Assembly (NCBI GenBank): GCA_018669975.1
Contig: JABHSK010000005.1
Location: 57,123 to 121,122, forward strand
Origin: Candidatus Parcubacteria bacterium
GTDB lineage: Bacteria; Patescibacteriota; Patescibacteriia; UBA1558; GWA2-36-10
Length of the DNA: 64,000 nt
Direction of reading: 5' to 3'
The notes under the pieces were generated by a model that was given only the letters and a program-made list of their open reading frames with translations, was not told the DNA's origin and ran no database searches. The position numbers and the translations under genes are program-made. Shown piece after piece: positions 51,904-61,560 of the stretch (its first letter is position 1; the number at the start of each line of letters is the position of its first letter).

Positions 51904-53415
51904 ATGGACAAAAAAGCTTTTAATAAATTATTATCAGGAAAAAAGTGTGTAGCCGTTGTTTGTAATCAGTGGGGTGACACCGGCAAGGGAAAATTTGTAG
52001 ACCTACTATCTTCTTGGGCAGATATCATTATTCGAGGAACTGGCGGAGCCAACGCTGGACACACAATAGTGGTTAATGGTCAGGAATTTATATTTCATTT
52101 AATACCCTCAGGTATTTTGCATGATACTGATGGTAAGGTGAATGTCTTAGGTAGGAGCGTAGCTTTTGATCCTAGGGTAGTAATAGAGGAGTTGGATGTT
52201 TTGGCAGATAATAATGTCAAAGTTAATAATCTTAAAATAAGTCATCAAGCGCCACTGATGTTACCTTGGCATATAATGATTGATAGGATTGGCGACAAAA
52301 AACAAAAGATAGGCACCACTGGACGTGGTATTGGTCCTTTGTATTCAGACTTTACAGCCCGTCATTCATTGTTCGTTAATGATATTTTTAATCGGGATGT
52401 ATTTAGAGAAAAGTTAGTTAAGTTTTTTGAAGACAAAAAAAGAATACTCTCAACCATAGATAAAGGTGTAGCTAAAGAGGTTTTAAATCATCCTCATTTA
52501 TGCAACGGGGCTTTCTTTGATGAGAAGGATATTTTAAATATTGACGCTATTGTAGATAAATATACTGGAGAGTTCGCCGATAGATTAAAATCTTATATTA
52601 TAGACTTGAGAGAGTATGTAGACCAAGCCTTGCAAGACAATAAGAATATTTTACTTGAGGGTGCTCAAGGCACATTGTTGAGTATAGATTATGGCACTAC
52701 CAAATATCAAACTTCATCTGATTGTACTATTGCAGGCTTAGCTAAGGGTAGTGGTCTCAAAGAACAACAAGTTGATTATGTGTTTGGTATTACCAAGGCT
52801 TTTTATATGACTAGAGTGGGCAACGGTCCTTTTCCAGCTGAATTTGGTGGCAGTCAAAGTGAGGAGTACTGCGCTAAGGGGATTACCAAAGATGAGGAAA
52901 AGGATAAGTATGCTAGTCAAATAGATAAACTAATGGAATCGGATGATGATTTTGAGATAGGGGTAGCAGTTCGTTTATTGGGCGGAGAGTATGGAGCAAC
53001 CACCGGACGTACTAGAAGGAATGGTTGGTTAGATTTAGTTGCTTTAAAGCACGCCGTAAAGATTAATGGTCATAATTTATCTTTAACCAAAGTTGATGTC
53101 CTAGATAAATTTAAACAAATAAAACTTTGTACTCATTATAAATATACTGGTCCAGATATTTTTTATGCTGGTAAAAATCTGAAGACAGGGGATACGATAG
53201 ATTTTTTTCCGCGTTTTTCCGAAATTTTATATCATTGTCAGCCAATCTATAAAGAGTTTCCAGGTTGGCAACAAGACATTACTAAAATAGAGAATTATAA
53301 AGATTTACCCAAAGCCATAAAAGATGTTGTTGATTTCATGGAGGAGTATGTTGGAGCGCAGGTAGACGTGATCTCTGTGGGTCCAGATCGAGAACAGACT
53401 ATTTTTAAAATATAA
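51904..53415 (+). CDS. purA: adenylosuccinate synthetase
   Basis: QWGDTGKGKFVDLL P-loop, GTTGRGIGPLY, GATTGRTRR; start set at the internal MDKKAF downstream of the terminator hairpin. Confidence 0.9.
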   Translation: MDKKAFNKLLSGKKCVAVVCNQWGDTGKGKFVDLLSSWADIIIRGTGGANAGHTIVVNGQEFIFHLIPSGILHDTDGKVNVLGRSVAFDPRVVIEELDVLADNNVKVNNLKISHQAPLMLPWHIMIDRIGDKKQKIGTTGRGIGPLYSDFTARHSLFVNDIFNRDVFREKLVKFFEDKKRILSTIDKGVAKEVLNHPHLCNGAFFDEKDILNIDAIVDKYTGEFADRLKSYIIDLREYVDQALQDNKNILLEGAQGTLLSIDYGTTKYQTSSDCTIAGLAKGSGLKEQQVDYVFGITKAFYMTRVGNGPFPAEFGGSQSEEYCAKGITKDEEKDKYASQIDKLMESDDDFEIGVAVRLLGGEYGATTGRTRRNGWLDLVALKHAVKINGHNLSLTKVDVLDKFKQIKLCTHYKYTGPDIFYAGKNLKTGDTIDFFPRFSEILYHCQPIYKEFPGWQQDITKIENYKDLPKAIKDVVDFMEEYVGAQVDVISVGPDREQTIFKI

Positions 53416-53424
53416 CTTTTATTA

Positions 53425-53457
53425 AAAAACCGCCCCCACTCAGCGGGGGCGGTTTTG
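53425..53457. terminator. bidirectional intrinsic terminator between purA and rpmB
   Basis: aaaaaaccgcccccactcagcgggggcggtttt. Confidence 0.85.
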
Positions 53458-53468
53458 AGAACTCTATA

Positions 53469-53657
53469 TTAAACAGTAGTTTGTTTTTTTAGTTTATTCA
53501 AAGTCTTAATACAAGAGGTACAGATAGTCACTTTTTTGTTACCAATTTTTTTGGACTGCAAATTAACACCCATTTTTCTCTTAGTGGATATATTTGAGTG
53601 ACTGCGCCTATTACCAGATAGCGCTCTTTTATTACAGATTTCACAGATTTTAGCCAT
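53469..53657 (-). CDS. rpmB: 50S ribosomal protein L28
   Basis: MAKICEICNKRALSGNRRSHSNISTKRK. Confidence 0.85.
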   Translation of the reverse strand: MAKICEICNKRALSGNRRSHSNISTKRKMGVNLQSKKIGNKKVTICTSCIKTLNKLKKQTTV

Positions 53658-53744
53658 GATGTTGATTTTTTGATTAATAAAAGTTATAATTTACCTTACT
53701 AACGTTAGATAAGGCTAACATAAAAAATAATTTTTGTAAAGACT

Positions 53745-54377
53745 ATGTTGATTAATATTTTGACAGAAAGCCCACAAATATTTTTGGTAGTTATACTCGC
53801 TATTATATACGCCCTGACAATTCATGAGTTTTCTCATGCTTGGGCAGCCACTCTTTTGGGGGATAGTACTGCTAAATTTAACGGACGATTGACTTTGAAT
53901 CCATTAGCTCATATGGAGATTTTTGGCACAATCATGTTATTTATAGCTGGTTTTGGTTGGGGTAAGCCAGTACCAGTGAATATTTATAATCTTAAATGGC
54001 GTCGTTGGGGTGGAGCAGTTGTGTCTTTAGCTGGCCCTTTATCTAATTTTATTAGTGTCTTTGTTTTTATACTAATATTTAGTGTTATTGCGCCGAATTT
54101 AGGGCCAAGTAATTTATTAGTTGTTTTCCTATCTTTTTTGATATTTATCAATCTTATTTTGGGCGTTTTTAATTTAATACCAATTCCGCCCCTAGATGGC
54201 TCTAAGATATTATTTGCTGCTTTACCAGGTCAATTTGATGAGTTTAAGCGTAAATTTACTATCAATGGCCCATTTGTATTAATAGCTTTGATAATTTTAG
54301 ACAATTTACTTAATTTGCATATTCTAGATACTATTTTTAGCTTTTTTGTAAGCATAATAGAGAGCTTCTTGTTCTAA
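53745..54377 (+). CDS. site-2-protease-family (M50) intramembrane zinc metalloprotease
   Basis: HEFSHAW (HExxH in a TM helix) and the downstream NLIPIPPLDGSKIL motif. Confidence 0.7.
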   Translation: MLINILTESPQIFLVVILAIIYALTIHEFSHAWAATLLGDSTAKFNGRLTLNPLAHMEIFGTIMLFIAGFGWGKPVPVNIYNLKWRRWGGAVVSLAGPLSNFISVFVFILIFSVIAPNLGPSNLLVVFLSFLIFINLILGVFNLIPIPPLDGSKILFAALPGQFDEFKRKFTINGPFVLIALIILDNLLNLHILDTIFSFFVSIIESFLF

Positions 54378-54425
54378 TATTAGTTAAAAATTAGTATATT
54401 TAACATAAAGGTTTGTCATTAGTCC

Positions 54426-54453
54426 TTGACAAATTTTTTATTTATGCTATAAT
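54426..54453 (+). promoter_or_regulatory. consensus sigma70 promoter TTGACA-16-TATAAT
   Basis: TTGACA at 54426-54431, TATAAT at 54448-54453. Confidence 0.6.
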
Positions 54454-54459
54454 GCGTAA

Positions 54460-55485
54460 TCAGTCTAAAGTTAGACAACCGAACATTTTTCAATCAAACA
54501 GACCCAAGTCGCGATAAACAACGAAGGAGTTGTTAATAGAATGCGGAGCGGAGCCGCTTAACTCCGTGCGTAGTCACCCTGGAACGGCCATCAAACGGCC
54601 ACATCTTTTAAGAATCAGGGAGGGATCAATGATCTATACGCATCCACCGTAGCTATGGCTTATTTTCACTAAAGCCTCACAACGTCCGATGAGGCGGTTT
54701 AAACCTCCGATAATTTTTATCAGCTTAAAAGCTGATAAATAACAACAAGTAATAACATCGGTTTAAACCTAGGACAGCCGTTTAGCCCTTAGAACATCTT
54801 GCGCCCACCGGTACTAAGTACCTGTTGGCCCAATTAGGGCTCGACACAACCACCCGGCCATCCTGCTGCCTAGCATGGAGGAGTCACCCGATGACGAACA
54901 TTCGGCTGATGCACATGCTGCCCTTACCATTCTATTAACCCTTAACTGATTTCTCCTTCGGCGCGGCTGCCAATTTCAACACTCCGGATTCATCGACGAG
55001 CGGAATCGCCGCAACGAGCGCACTCATTTTCTACGTGCTCATACGGCGCTTTCCGGCGACGGCACACATTGCCGCCTTGCCGGACCACCTTCCGCCACCA
55101 TTTCCGGAGACGCGACGTCTTGACACCCGAGAAGAGCTGGTGAAGCTGACCAGCACTTTGCTCGGCGTACCCGTGCCCTCATTACTTACCGCCAATCAGG
55201 CGGCATTTAATAGGGAGGCACTTGCCTCAAGACGTCCGACGGCAGCCGCGCCGTCTTTCTTACCAAAAACAAGACAGACAATCGACGAGGGTCAGTGCGA
55301 CCGACAAACAGTAGACCGGACTGAATTCGCCATACATCCCATTCCGATGGGATACGGAAAGCCTAGTGCTCTACCGGCGAGCGAACTTCCTGCTCCAGCT
55401 ATTGGACATCCGCTTTACTCGTTTCTCGAGTTGTGCGCCCGGGGGGTACCTACCACTTTTGTGGAAAGGGCCCTCTTTTTTTATG
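54460..55485 (+). ncRNA. candidate large structured ncRNA: about 1-kb GC-rich (50-58%) island without a credible ORF, between a consensus promoter and a terminator-like GGGCCC hairpin plus T8; identity unresolved
   Basis: Only ORF is 55035..55490 (GTG start, no SD, Pro/Ala/Arg-rich, looks spurious); self-complementary GGTTTAAACC x2; perfect hairpin tttatcagctt-aa-aagctgataaa. Confidence 0.4.
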
Positions 55486-55587
55486 TATAAACAGTCAAAT
55501 ACTTGACTTTAATATTTCTTTATGCTATTTTATCTACGACTTTAAAGCAGCTTTTTGCTTTAAATTATTTAATTTTATTGTTTAAAT

Positions 55588-56016
55588 ATGCCAACAGTAA
55601 ACCAATTATTGAAAAAACCTAGGAAGTCTCCTAAGAGAAAGAGTACTACCCCTGCCTTGAAGACTGTTTTGAATAGTTTGAAAAGGAGAAAGAAAGATCT
55701 ACAAAAAGGCGCACCATTCAAAAGAGGAGTGTGTTTGAAGGTTACTACAGTGACCCCAAAGAAACCTAATTCAGCTTTACGTAAAATTGCTAGGGTTAGA
55801 CTTTCTAATGGTATGGAAGTAACAGCCTATATTCCAGGTGAAGGACATAACTTGCAAGAGCATAGTATTGTTTTGATTCGTGGTGGTAGGGTAAAAGATC
55901 TTCCAGGTGTCAGATATCATGTAGTGCGTGGTGTCTATGATACTCAGGGAGTAGAAGGTAGAAAACGAGGCCGTTCACTGTATGGTACTAAAAAAGATAA
56001 AAAGGCTAGTAAATAA
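55588..56016 (+). CDS. rpsL: 30S ribosomal protein S12 (with a short basic N-terminal insertion)
   Basis: [12 protein letters not shown]..., [38 protein letters not shown]. Confidence 0.9.
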   Translation: MPTVNQLLKKPRKSPKRKSTTPALKTVLNSLKRRKKDLQKGAPFKRGVCLKVTTVTPKKPNSALRKIARVRLSNGMEVTAYIPGEGHNLQEHSIVLIRGGRVKDLPGVRYHVVRGVYDTQGVEGRKRGRSLYGTKKDKKASK

Positions 56017-56040
56017 TATTTTGATAAACTCAATATAAAT

Positions 56041-56505
56041 ATGAGAGGAAAAAAAGCACCAAAAAGAAAAATTGAGGCAGATCCAAAGTTTCAGAGAGTC
56101 GATATTGCCAAATTGATAAATAAAATTATGGAGCGTGGTAAAAAGACCATTGCTCAAAAAGTTGTCTATGGCGCTTTTGAATATATTTCAAGCAAGGCAA
56201 AGGAAGATCCTATTGAAACATTTGATGCAGCCATTAGAAATATTTCACCAAATTTGGAAGTTAAAGGTAAAAGAATTGGCGGCGCCAATTATCAAGTACC
56301 GATTGTAGTTATTGGTGATAGAAAGATGACCTTGGCTTATCGTTGGTTGATTGAAGCTGCTAAAGCTCGTAAGGGCGCTGCAATGTCAGTTAGACTTGGT
56401 GAAGAGTTGCTAGCCGCTGCTAAAGGTGAGGGTTCTGCTATGAAAAAACGTGAAGATGTACAAAGAATGGCTGAATCAAATAGAGCCTTTGCACACTTTG
56501 CATAA
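56041..56505 (+). CDS. rpsG: 30S ribosomal protein S7
   Basis: RGKKAPKR..., TLAYRWL, C-terminal RAFAHFA; follows rpsL. Confidence 0.9.
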   Translation: MRGKKAPKRKIEADPKFQRVDIAKLINKIMERGKKTIAQKVVYGAFEYISSKAKEDPIETFDAAIRNISPNLEVKGKRIGGANYQVPIVVIGDRKMTLAYRWLIEAAKARKGAAMSVRLGEELLAAAKGEGSAMKKREDVQRMAESNRAFAHFA

Positions 56506-56514
56506 ACATATTTT

Positions 56515-57201
56515 ATGTCGAAAGCCTTTTCATTTGATAATATAGAAAATCAACCCGGGCAATTAGCCCAGGAAGTTTTAAGAAATAACATAGACTCTGC
56601 TTTAGACGATTACTCTGTGCTTTTAAAAAGACGTGTTGAAGGCCAGGTAGATGAGAAGCTAGAACAACAAATACAAGAACAACGTCAAAACCTAATCCAG
56701 CTTTCACAACAGCTTGATAGCCAGTTGGAGCTGGATGATGTATTTTTTGAGAGGGTAAGCGAGTTATTGGAAGTAGCAGATAAAGGAATAGAAATTGGTA
56801 GAAAAGAACTTCAAGATAGATCAGATGGCAAGAGTAATATTGAAGCAATCATTTCTGATATGAGGGAATACGCTAATCAGCTTGCTAGAATTGACGCACA
56901 ACTATTAAATGTAGATACAGATTCTACCGAATCAGAAGAGATCATTTTGGAACTCAAGACCATGATACGAGCAATGACTAGTATGGCAGGAGAAATACAA
57001 AGAGTGATTTTATCTCTAGAAAGAGAAGATAAGGCAGATTTGATTCGAAGACAAGTAAAGATAATGAATGATTTGGTGAGTGCGATTAAGCACTTTGATG
57101 AATTAGATAAAGATATAAATAAATTAAAGAAAATAAGAGAACATTTTTATAAACATTTTGATGAAGCAATATTCTTTTATGAAGAATTAAAAGATTTATA
57201 A
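56515..57201 (+). CDS. hypothetical acidic coiled-coil protein inserted between rpsG and fusA
   Basis: 228 aa, Glu/Asp/Gln-rich, heptad-like helical sequence; no known family; sits inside the otherwise conserved str operon. Confidence 0.5.
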   Translation: MSKAFSFDNIENQPGQLAQEVLRNNIDSALDDYSVLLKRRVEGQVDEKLEQQIQEQRQNLIQLSQQLDSQLELDDVFFERVSELLEVADKGIEIGRKELQDRSDGKSNIEAIISDMREYANQLARIDAQLLNVDTDSTESEEIILELKTMIRAMTSMAGEIQRVILSLEREDKADLIRRQVKIMNDLVSAIKHFDELDKDINKLKKIREHFYKHFDEAIFFYEELKDL

Positions 57202-57233
57202 AAATAATATAATTAAAATTTTAGAAAAATAAT

Positions 57234-59330
57234 ATGCCCAGACAGTATCCATTAGGAAAAATTAGAAACATTGGCATCATTGCTCATATTGATGCTGGAA
57301 AAACTACCGTCACCGAACGTATCCTTTTTTATACTGGTAAAAAACATAAGATTGGTGAAGTCCACGAAGGTGAAGCTGAGATGGACTGGATGGAGCAGGA
57401 GAAAGAAAGAGGTATTACTATTACCTCAGCTGCTACTACTTGTTTTTGGGATCTACCAGATTGGTTAGGTGGTGACAAGGCTAACATTAATATTATTGAT
57501 ACCCCAGGCCACGTTGATTTTACTGTAGAGGTAGAGAGATCTTTACGTGTTTTAGATGGCGGTGTGATTGTTTTTGATGGTGTAGCTGGTGTAGAGCCAC
57601 AATCTGAAACTGTTTGGAGACAAGCTGATAAATACAATGTACCTAGAATAGCCTTTATCAACAAGATGGATAGAATGGGTGCAGATTTTTATTATGATTT
57701 AGATACTATTCACGAAAGATTAACTAAGATTGCTCATCCAATGCAGCTACCTATTGGTGCTGCTGAAACCTTTGAAGGTATTATTAATCTTTTGGAAAAA
57801 GAAGCTTGGTTTTATTTAGATGAAGATGGTAAGGAATTTGAAAAACGTGATATTCCAGAAGACTTGAAAGATAAAGTAGAAGAATATCGTGGTAAATTGA
57901 TTGAAGCCATTGTTGAAAATGATGAAGCTTTGATGGAAAAATATCTTGGCGGTGAAGAACCAGCTCTTGAAGATTTGAAAAAAGTTTTACGTAAGGCAGT
58001 GATCGATAATAAGATTGTACCTGTTTTTGTGGGCTCCGCACTTAAGAATAAAGGTGTGCAATTCTTGTTGGATGCTATTGTTGCTTATTTACCATCACCA
58101 CTTGATTTACCCGACATTGAAGGTACTGAGCCACGTAACGAAGAAAGTAAAGTTATTGTAAAAGCATCTGATGATGAACCGTTTACTGGTTTAGCTTTTA
58201 AAGTAGCTACCGATCCCTATGTTGGTAGATTAACTTTTGTCAGAGTTTATTCTGGCATTTTACAGTCAGGATCTTATGTTTATAATACTAACTCAGATAA
58301 GAAAGAAAGAATTGGTCGTATTTTAAGAATGCACGCTAATTCTCGTGAAGAAGTAAGTGAAGTGTATGCTGGTGATATTGTAGCCGTGGTTGGTCTTAAA
58401 AACACCACCACTGGTCATACGATAGTTGACCCAAGTCGACATGTTGTTTTGGAGAGTATGGAATTCCCTGATCCAGTTATTTTTGTGGCTGTTGAGCCAA
58501 AGACTAAACAAGATCAAGAAAAGATGGGACTAGCTTTGAGTAAGCTTACTGAAGAAGATCCTACCTTTACTGTCCGTACAGATGAAGAGACCAACCAGAC
58601 AATTATTGGTGGTATGGGAGAACTACACTTGGATATTATCATTGATCGTATGAAACGAGAGTTTTCTGTCGAAGCCAATGTTGGTGCTCCGCAGGTTGCT
58701 TTCAAAGAGACTATTGGAGTTCAGGCTGAAGCAGAAGGTAAATACGTCAAGCAGTCAGGTGGTCGTGGTCAATATGGTCATTGTTGGTTGAGGTTAGAGC
58801 CAATGGAAAGAGGTGCAGGTTTTGAATTTAGTGATGAAATCAAAGGCGGCTCTATTCCTAAAGAATATATTCCAGCTATTGAAAAAGGTATTAAGCAAAC
58901 AATGGCTAACGGAATTTTAGCTGGTTATCAAATTCAAGATGTTAGGGCTGTCGTTTACGATGGTAGTTATCATGAGGTTGATTCTTCTGAAGCAGCGTTT
59001 AAAGTAGCTGGTTCAATGGCTTTTAAAGCAGCCTTTAATAAAGCAAATCCTTCTGTCCTAGAACCGATTATGAAAGTAGAAGCTGTCACACCTGAACAAT
59101 ATATGGGTGACGTTATTGGTGATTTGAATTCTAAGAGAGGACAGGTTTCAGAAATGACAGATAGGGCTGGCGCTAAAGTTATTAATGCTGAAGTGCCACT
59201 TTCAGAGATGTTTGGCTATGCTACATCCCTTCGTTCTATGACGCAGGGTCGTGCTAGTTATTCTATGGAATTTGCCAAATATCAGGAAGTACCGAAGAGT
59301 GTAGAAGAAGAGTTGAAGAAGAAAGCGTAA
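57234..59330 (+). CDS. fusA: elongation factor G
   Basis: [22 protein letters not shown]; full five-domain length. Confidence 0.95.
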   Translation: MPRQYPLGKIRNIGIIAHIDAGKTTVTERILFYTGKKHKIGEVHEGEAEMDWMEQEKERGITITSAATTCFWDLPDWLGGDKANINIIDTPGHVDFTVEVERSLRVLDGGVIVFDGVAGVEPQSETVWRQADKYNVPRIAFINKMDRMGADFYYDLDTIHERLTKIAHPMQLPIGAAETFEGIINLLEKEAWFYLDEDGKEFEKRDIPEDLKDKVEEYRGKLIEAIVENDEALMEKYLGGEEPALEDLKKVLRKAVIDNKIVPVFVGSALKNKGVQFLLDAIVAYLPSPLDLPDIEGTEPRNEESKVIVKASDDEPFTGLAFKVATDPYVGRLTFVRVYSGILQSGSYVYNTNSDKKERIGRILRMHANSREEVSEVYAGDIVAVVGLKNTTTGHTIVDPSRHVVLESMEFPDPVIFVAVEPKTKQDQEKMGLALSKLTEEDPTFTVRTDEETNQTIIGGMGELHLDIIIDRMKREFSVEANVGAPQVAFKETIGVQAEAEGKYVKQSGGRGQYGHCWLRLEPMERGAGFEFSDEIKGGSIPKEYIPAIEKGIKQTMANGILAGYQIQDVRAVVYDGSYHEVDSSEAAFKVAGSMAFKAAFNKANPSVLEPIMKVEAVTPEQYMGDVIGDLNSKRGQVSEMTDRAGAKVINAEVPLSEMFGYATSLRSMTQGRASYSMEFAKYQEVPKSVEEELKKKA

Positions 59331-59400
59331 TTGTGATATAATATATAGAGCTGGTTTAGGCCAGTGTAATATATAAAATTTATTAGTAACACCCAGTAAA

Positions 59401-59595
59401 ATGCCACAAGGAAAAGTAAAGTGGTTCAATGACACCAAGGGTTTCGGTTTTATCGAACAAGATGATGGAGGTGCAGACCTCTTCGTTCACAAGACCGAAG
59501 TTGAAGGTGGTTCTTTGCAAGAAGGACAAGTTGTTGAATACGAAGTCGGCGAAGGTCCAAAAGGTCCTAACGCCACCAATGTAAAAGTTGCCTAA
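59401..59595 (+). CDS. cold-shock protein (CspA family)
   Basis: [15 protein letters not shown] (RNP1) and VFVHK (RNP2). Confidence 0.9.
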   Translation: MPQGKVKWFNDTKGFGFIEQDDGGADLFVHKTEVEGGSLQEGQVVEYEVGEGPKGPNATNVKVA

Positions 59596-59618
59596 AAACA
59601 ATTGATATATTGAAAAAT

Positions 59619-59646
59619 TAAACCCCGCTTAGGCGGGGTTTTTTTG
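59619..59646 (+). terminator. intrinsic terminator after csp
   Basis: aaccccgcc-taa-ggcggggtt plus T8 (exact stem offsets approximate). Confidence 0.8.
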
Positions 59647-59656
59647 TTTATAAATA

Positions 59657-59690
59657 AAAACCCCACCGAATTGAATTCGGTGGGGAATAA
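59657..59690 (-). terminator. intrinsic terminator for the minus-strand gene 59694..60836
   Basis: ccccaccgaattgaattcggtgggg hairpin with a U-run on the minus strand. Confidence 0.7.
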
Positions 59691-59693
59691 AGA

Positions 59694-60836
59694 TCAAACA
59701 ATCTGGACAGCAAAGCCCTGGTCTACCATGCCTCGCATCATTGTAACCGCTGGATCATTGTCAGCTGGGACAATGACAGTAGTATCCCTAAATTGACTGG
59801 GATAGTCATGGTTGTTTAGGAAGGTTAGCTTGAGACCAGTGTTAATAATCAGACCGGGATTATAGATGCTGTTTTGTAGCACCGGCGTTAGTAGTTTGCC
59901 AGCTCTTTTTTCGTGATACTCTCGATCACAGAATAGTTTGAAGGCCAACAATTTGCCAGCAGAGAAGAAGGCTACCGCGATATTAGGTAGACTTTCTTGA
60001 ATTTTCTCACCGCTGTGAGCAATGACACCGATATTACTGACAACTTCACGACTATCATCCAGTAGGTAGGCAAAGCGGAGCGGACCTATGGGTGATTTGA
60101 TGCCATTCTCCAAAGGGAAGAAGCGCAAATGAGTGCCACGACGATTATTGTCGTATTTACCTTTCTTGTTGTAGCAGAGCATGAGCAGTTTTTCCGTATC
60201 CTTGAAGCTGACGCGGGTGCTGAGCTTGGATTCATTGGTGATACGACGAATTGATCCGCAAAACACACCGCGTTCATAGGCCACAAAGACTTCACCAGTC
60301 AGTAGATTGAGAACGATAGCAAAACGAATCTGGTTGTCTTTGAGGAAAGTGACGGAAGCATTTGGTGCCTGTACGCGGGCTAGTGGTTTGCCGATACGTT
60401 TGAGTTCGGCGTCAAAAATTTGACCCATAGTCTGGCAAGAGTCACCAAATTCCTCGATCATTCTTTCTAGATGAGATGATCCATCTATTGGATCAGAGAT
60501 AATAATCGGAGTATTGGTTTCGATGCGACGGTCTTTGGGTACACGACCACGTTCTTCGGTGATGACTACACCTGATTGACGGTAGATGCGTTGGAAGAGG
60601 GAATAGTGACCAAAGCATTGTTCACCGCCAAGGCAGATGATATCTTCGGCTACCACATCAAACCAACGTGTGTCCTTTCCATCTTTACGGGAATAGAGTG
60701 TCTGAGTTTCAGCGTCCATTTCGCTGATGTGGCGGATAGCATCTTTGACAGATAGGCGACATAGCGTGTTGTACATTCGTCGCATAATAGTCAGGGAGCC
60801 ATTGAGCATCATGGTGTCTTTGTTGGGGGGAGCCAT
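59694..60836 (-). CDS. inositol-monophosphatase/FBPase-superfamily-like phosphatase with an N-terminal extension (GC-rich islet gene)
   Basis: VVITEERG (metal-binding EE) about 40 aa before IIISDPIDGSSHLE (IMPase-like DPxDG[ST] motif); start set at the internal MAPPNK, which has GGAGGT 5 nt upstream (ORF track start 60902 has no SD). Confidence 0.4.
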   Translation of the reverse strand: MAPPNKDTMMLNGSLTIMRRMYNTLCRLSVKDAIRHISEMDAETQTLYSRKDGKDTRWFDVVAEDIICLGGEQCFGHYSLFQRIYRQSGVVITEERGRVPKDRRIETNTPIIISDPIDGSSHLERMIEEFGDSCQTMGQIFDAELKRIGKPLARVQAPNASVTFLKDNQIRFAIVLNLLTGEVFVAYERGVFCGSIRRITNESKLSTRVSFKDTEKLLMLCYNKKGKYDNNRRGTHLRFFPLENGIKSPIGPLRFAYLLDDSREVVSNIGVIAHSGEKIQESLPNIAVAFFSAGKLLAFKLFCDREYHEKRAGKLLTPVLQNSIYNPGLIINTGLKLTFLNNHDYPSQFRDTTVIVPADNDPAVTMMRGMVDQGFAVQIV

Positions 60837-60968
60837 TTTATTACCTCCGGCTCGGGTGATTGTTTGTGGGTTGTGAAGGTTCGATTGATAAATTTTTAAC
60901 ATAAATACATACTCTGGTCAAACCAGGAAAAATAAAATACCTACACTGCAAGTGTAGGTATCAGGTTG

Positions 60969-61136
60969 TTAGTCTTTTTTTGTTTCATTGGCGATAGTCT
61001 CATGTTCGCCGTCCAGTTTACGAATTTTCGTCTCAATGTCCATGACTAGACAATCCCAGAGTGAGATACCAAATGGGTCTGCCTGCAGAGCAGTGATAGT
61101 TTCGGGTTCAAGCCCGCCACGTACGATTTGGCACAT
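60969..61136 (-). CDS. small hypothetical protein (55 aa), not in the ORF track
   Basis: ATG preceded by AAGGGAGA at about 6-nt spacing; sequence MCQIVRGGLEPETITALQADPFGISLWDCLVMDIETKIRKLDGEHETIANETKKD. Confidence 0.3.
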   Translation of the reverse strand: MCQIVRGGLEPETITALQADPFGISLWDCLVMDIETKIRKLDGEHETIANETKKD

Positions 61137-61349
61137 CGATGTCTCCCTTCTATCCGTGAAGGAATTTAAAAGAACGTAATATTAAAAATAATAAAATTAT
61201 CTTAAACTGTCAAATAAAAAAAAGATCTCGATTCAAGGGAACCGAGTCTTTCTCGAGGGGTAGCGTTTACCCCTTTTAAACTCACTATTACTAGCGAGCT
61301 TAAAAGGGGCCCCGACAAGAAGTCAGGGCAGGGAACAGGTGGCGTGTTA

Positions 61350-61451
61350 TTAGGGCAGTTTGATGCCCATCGCCTGTTGTTCCCCTGAGGGAATTTCGAG
61401 CAATCCCATTGTGATTGCCAGTCCTTCTATGAGAGCTTTGATCAATTTCAT
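61350..61451 (-). CDS. small hydrophobic peptide (33 aa) with a perfect SD and a structured leader
   Basis: AAGGAGGTGATC-ATG; MKLIKALIEGLAITMGLLEIPSGEQQAMGIKLP; followed on the minus strand by hairpins (agggg-taaacgcta-cccct; ctcga...tcgag) and T8. Confidence 0.3.
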   Translation of the reverse strand: MKLIKALIEGLAITMGLLEIPSGEQQAMGIKLP

Positions 61452-61454
61452 GAT

Positions 61455-61560
61455 CACCTCCTTTTGGGGTTGAAGAAATTTTCCCTCCTGAATGCACCAA
61501 CTAGTGATACTCTCAGGAGGGAGCCAGTCTGAGACTGGCTTGAAAAAATTGTATGTAGAG
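61455..61560 (-). promoter_or_regulatory. structured 5' leader of the 33-aa peptide gene containing an anti-SD element
   Basis: On the minus strand: perfect hairpin gccagtc-tca-gactggc, then ctccctcctga...tcaggaggga (10-bp stem) immediately upstream of the true SD AAGGAGG; the CCCUCCU segment could alternatively sequester the SD. Confidence 0.35.

Noticed and set aside
55035-55490. 151-aa ORF inside GC-rich island 2
   Set aside because: GTG start without an SD, Pro/Ala/Arg/Leu-rich composition typical of translating GC-rich non-coding sequence, no recognisable domain; treated as spurious.
60988-61179. 63-aa plus-strand ORF
   Set aside because: No RBS; overlaps, on the opposite strand, a 55-aa ORF that has a good SD; spurious.
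61300-61500. 66-aa minus-strand ORF (MVHSGGK...)
   Set aside because: No SD; it overlaps the SD-supported 33-aa peptide in another frame, and its Gly/Arg/His-rich composition looks non-coding.
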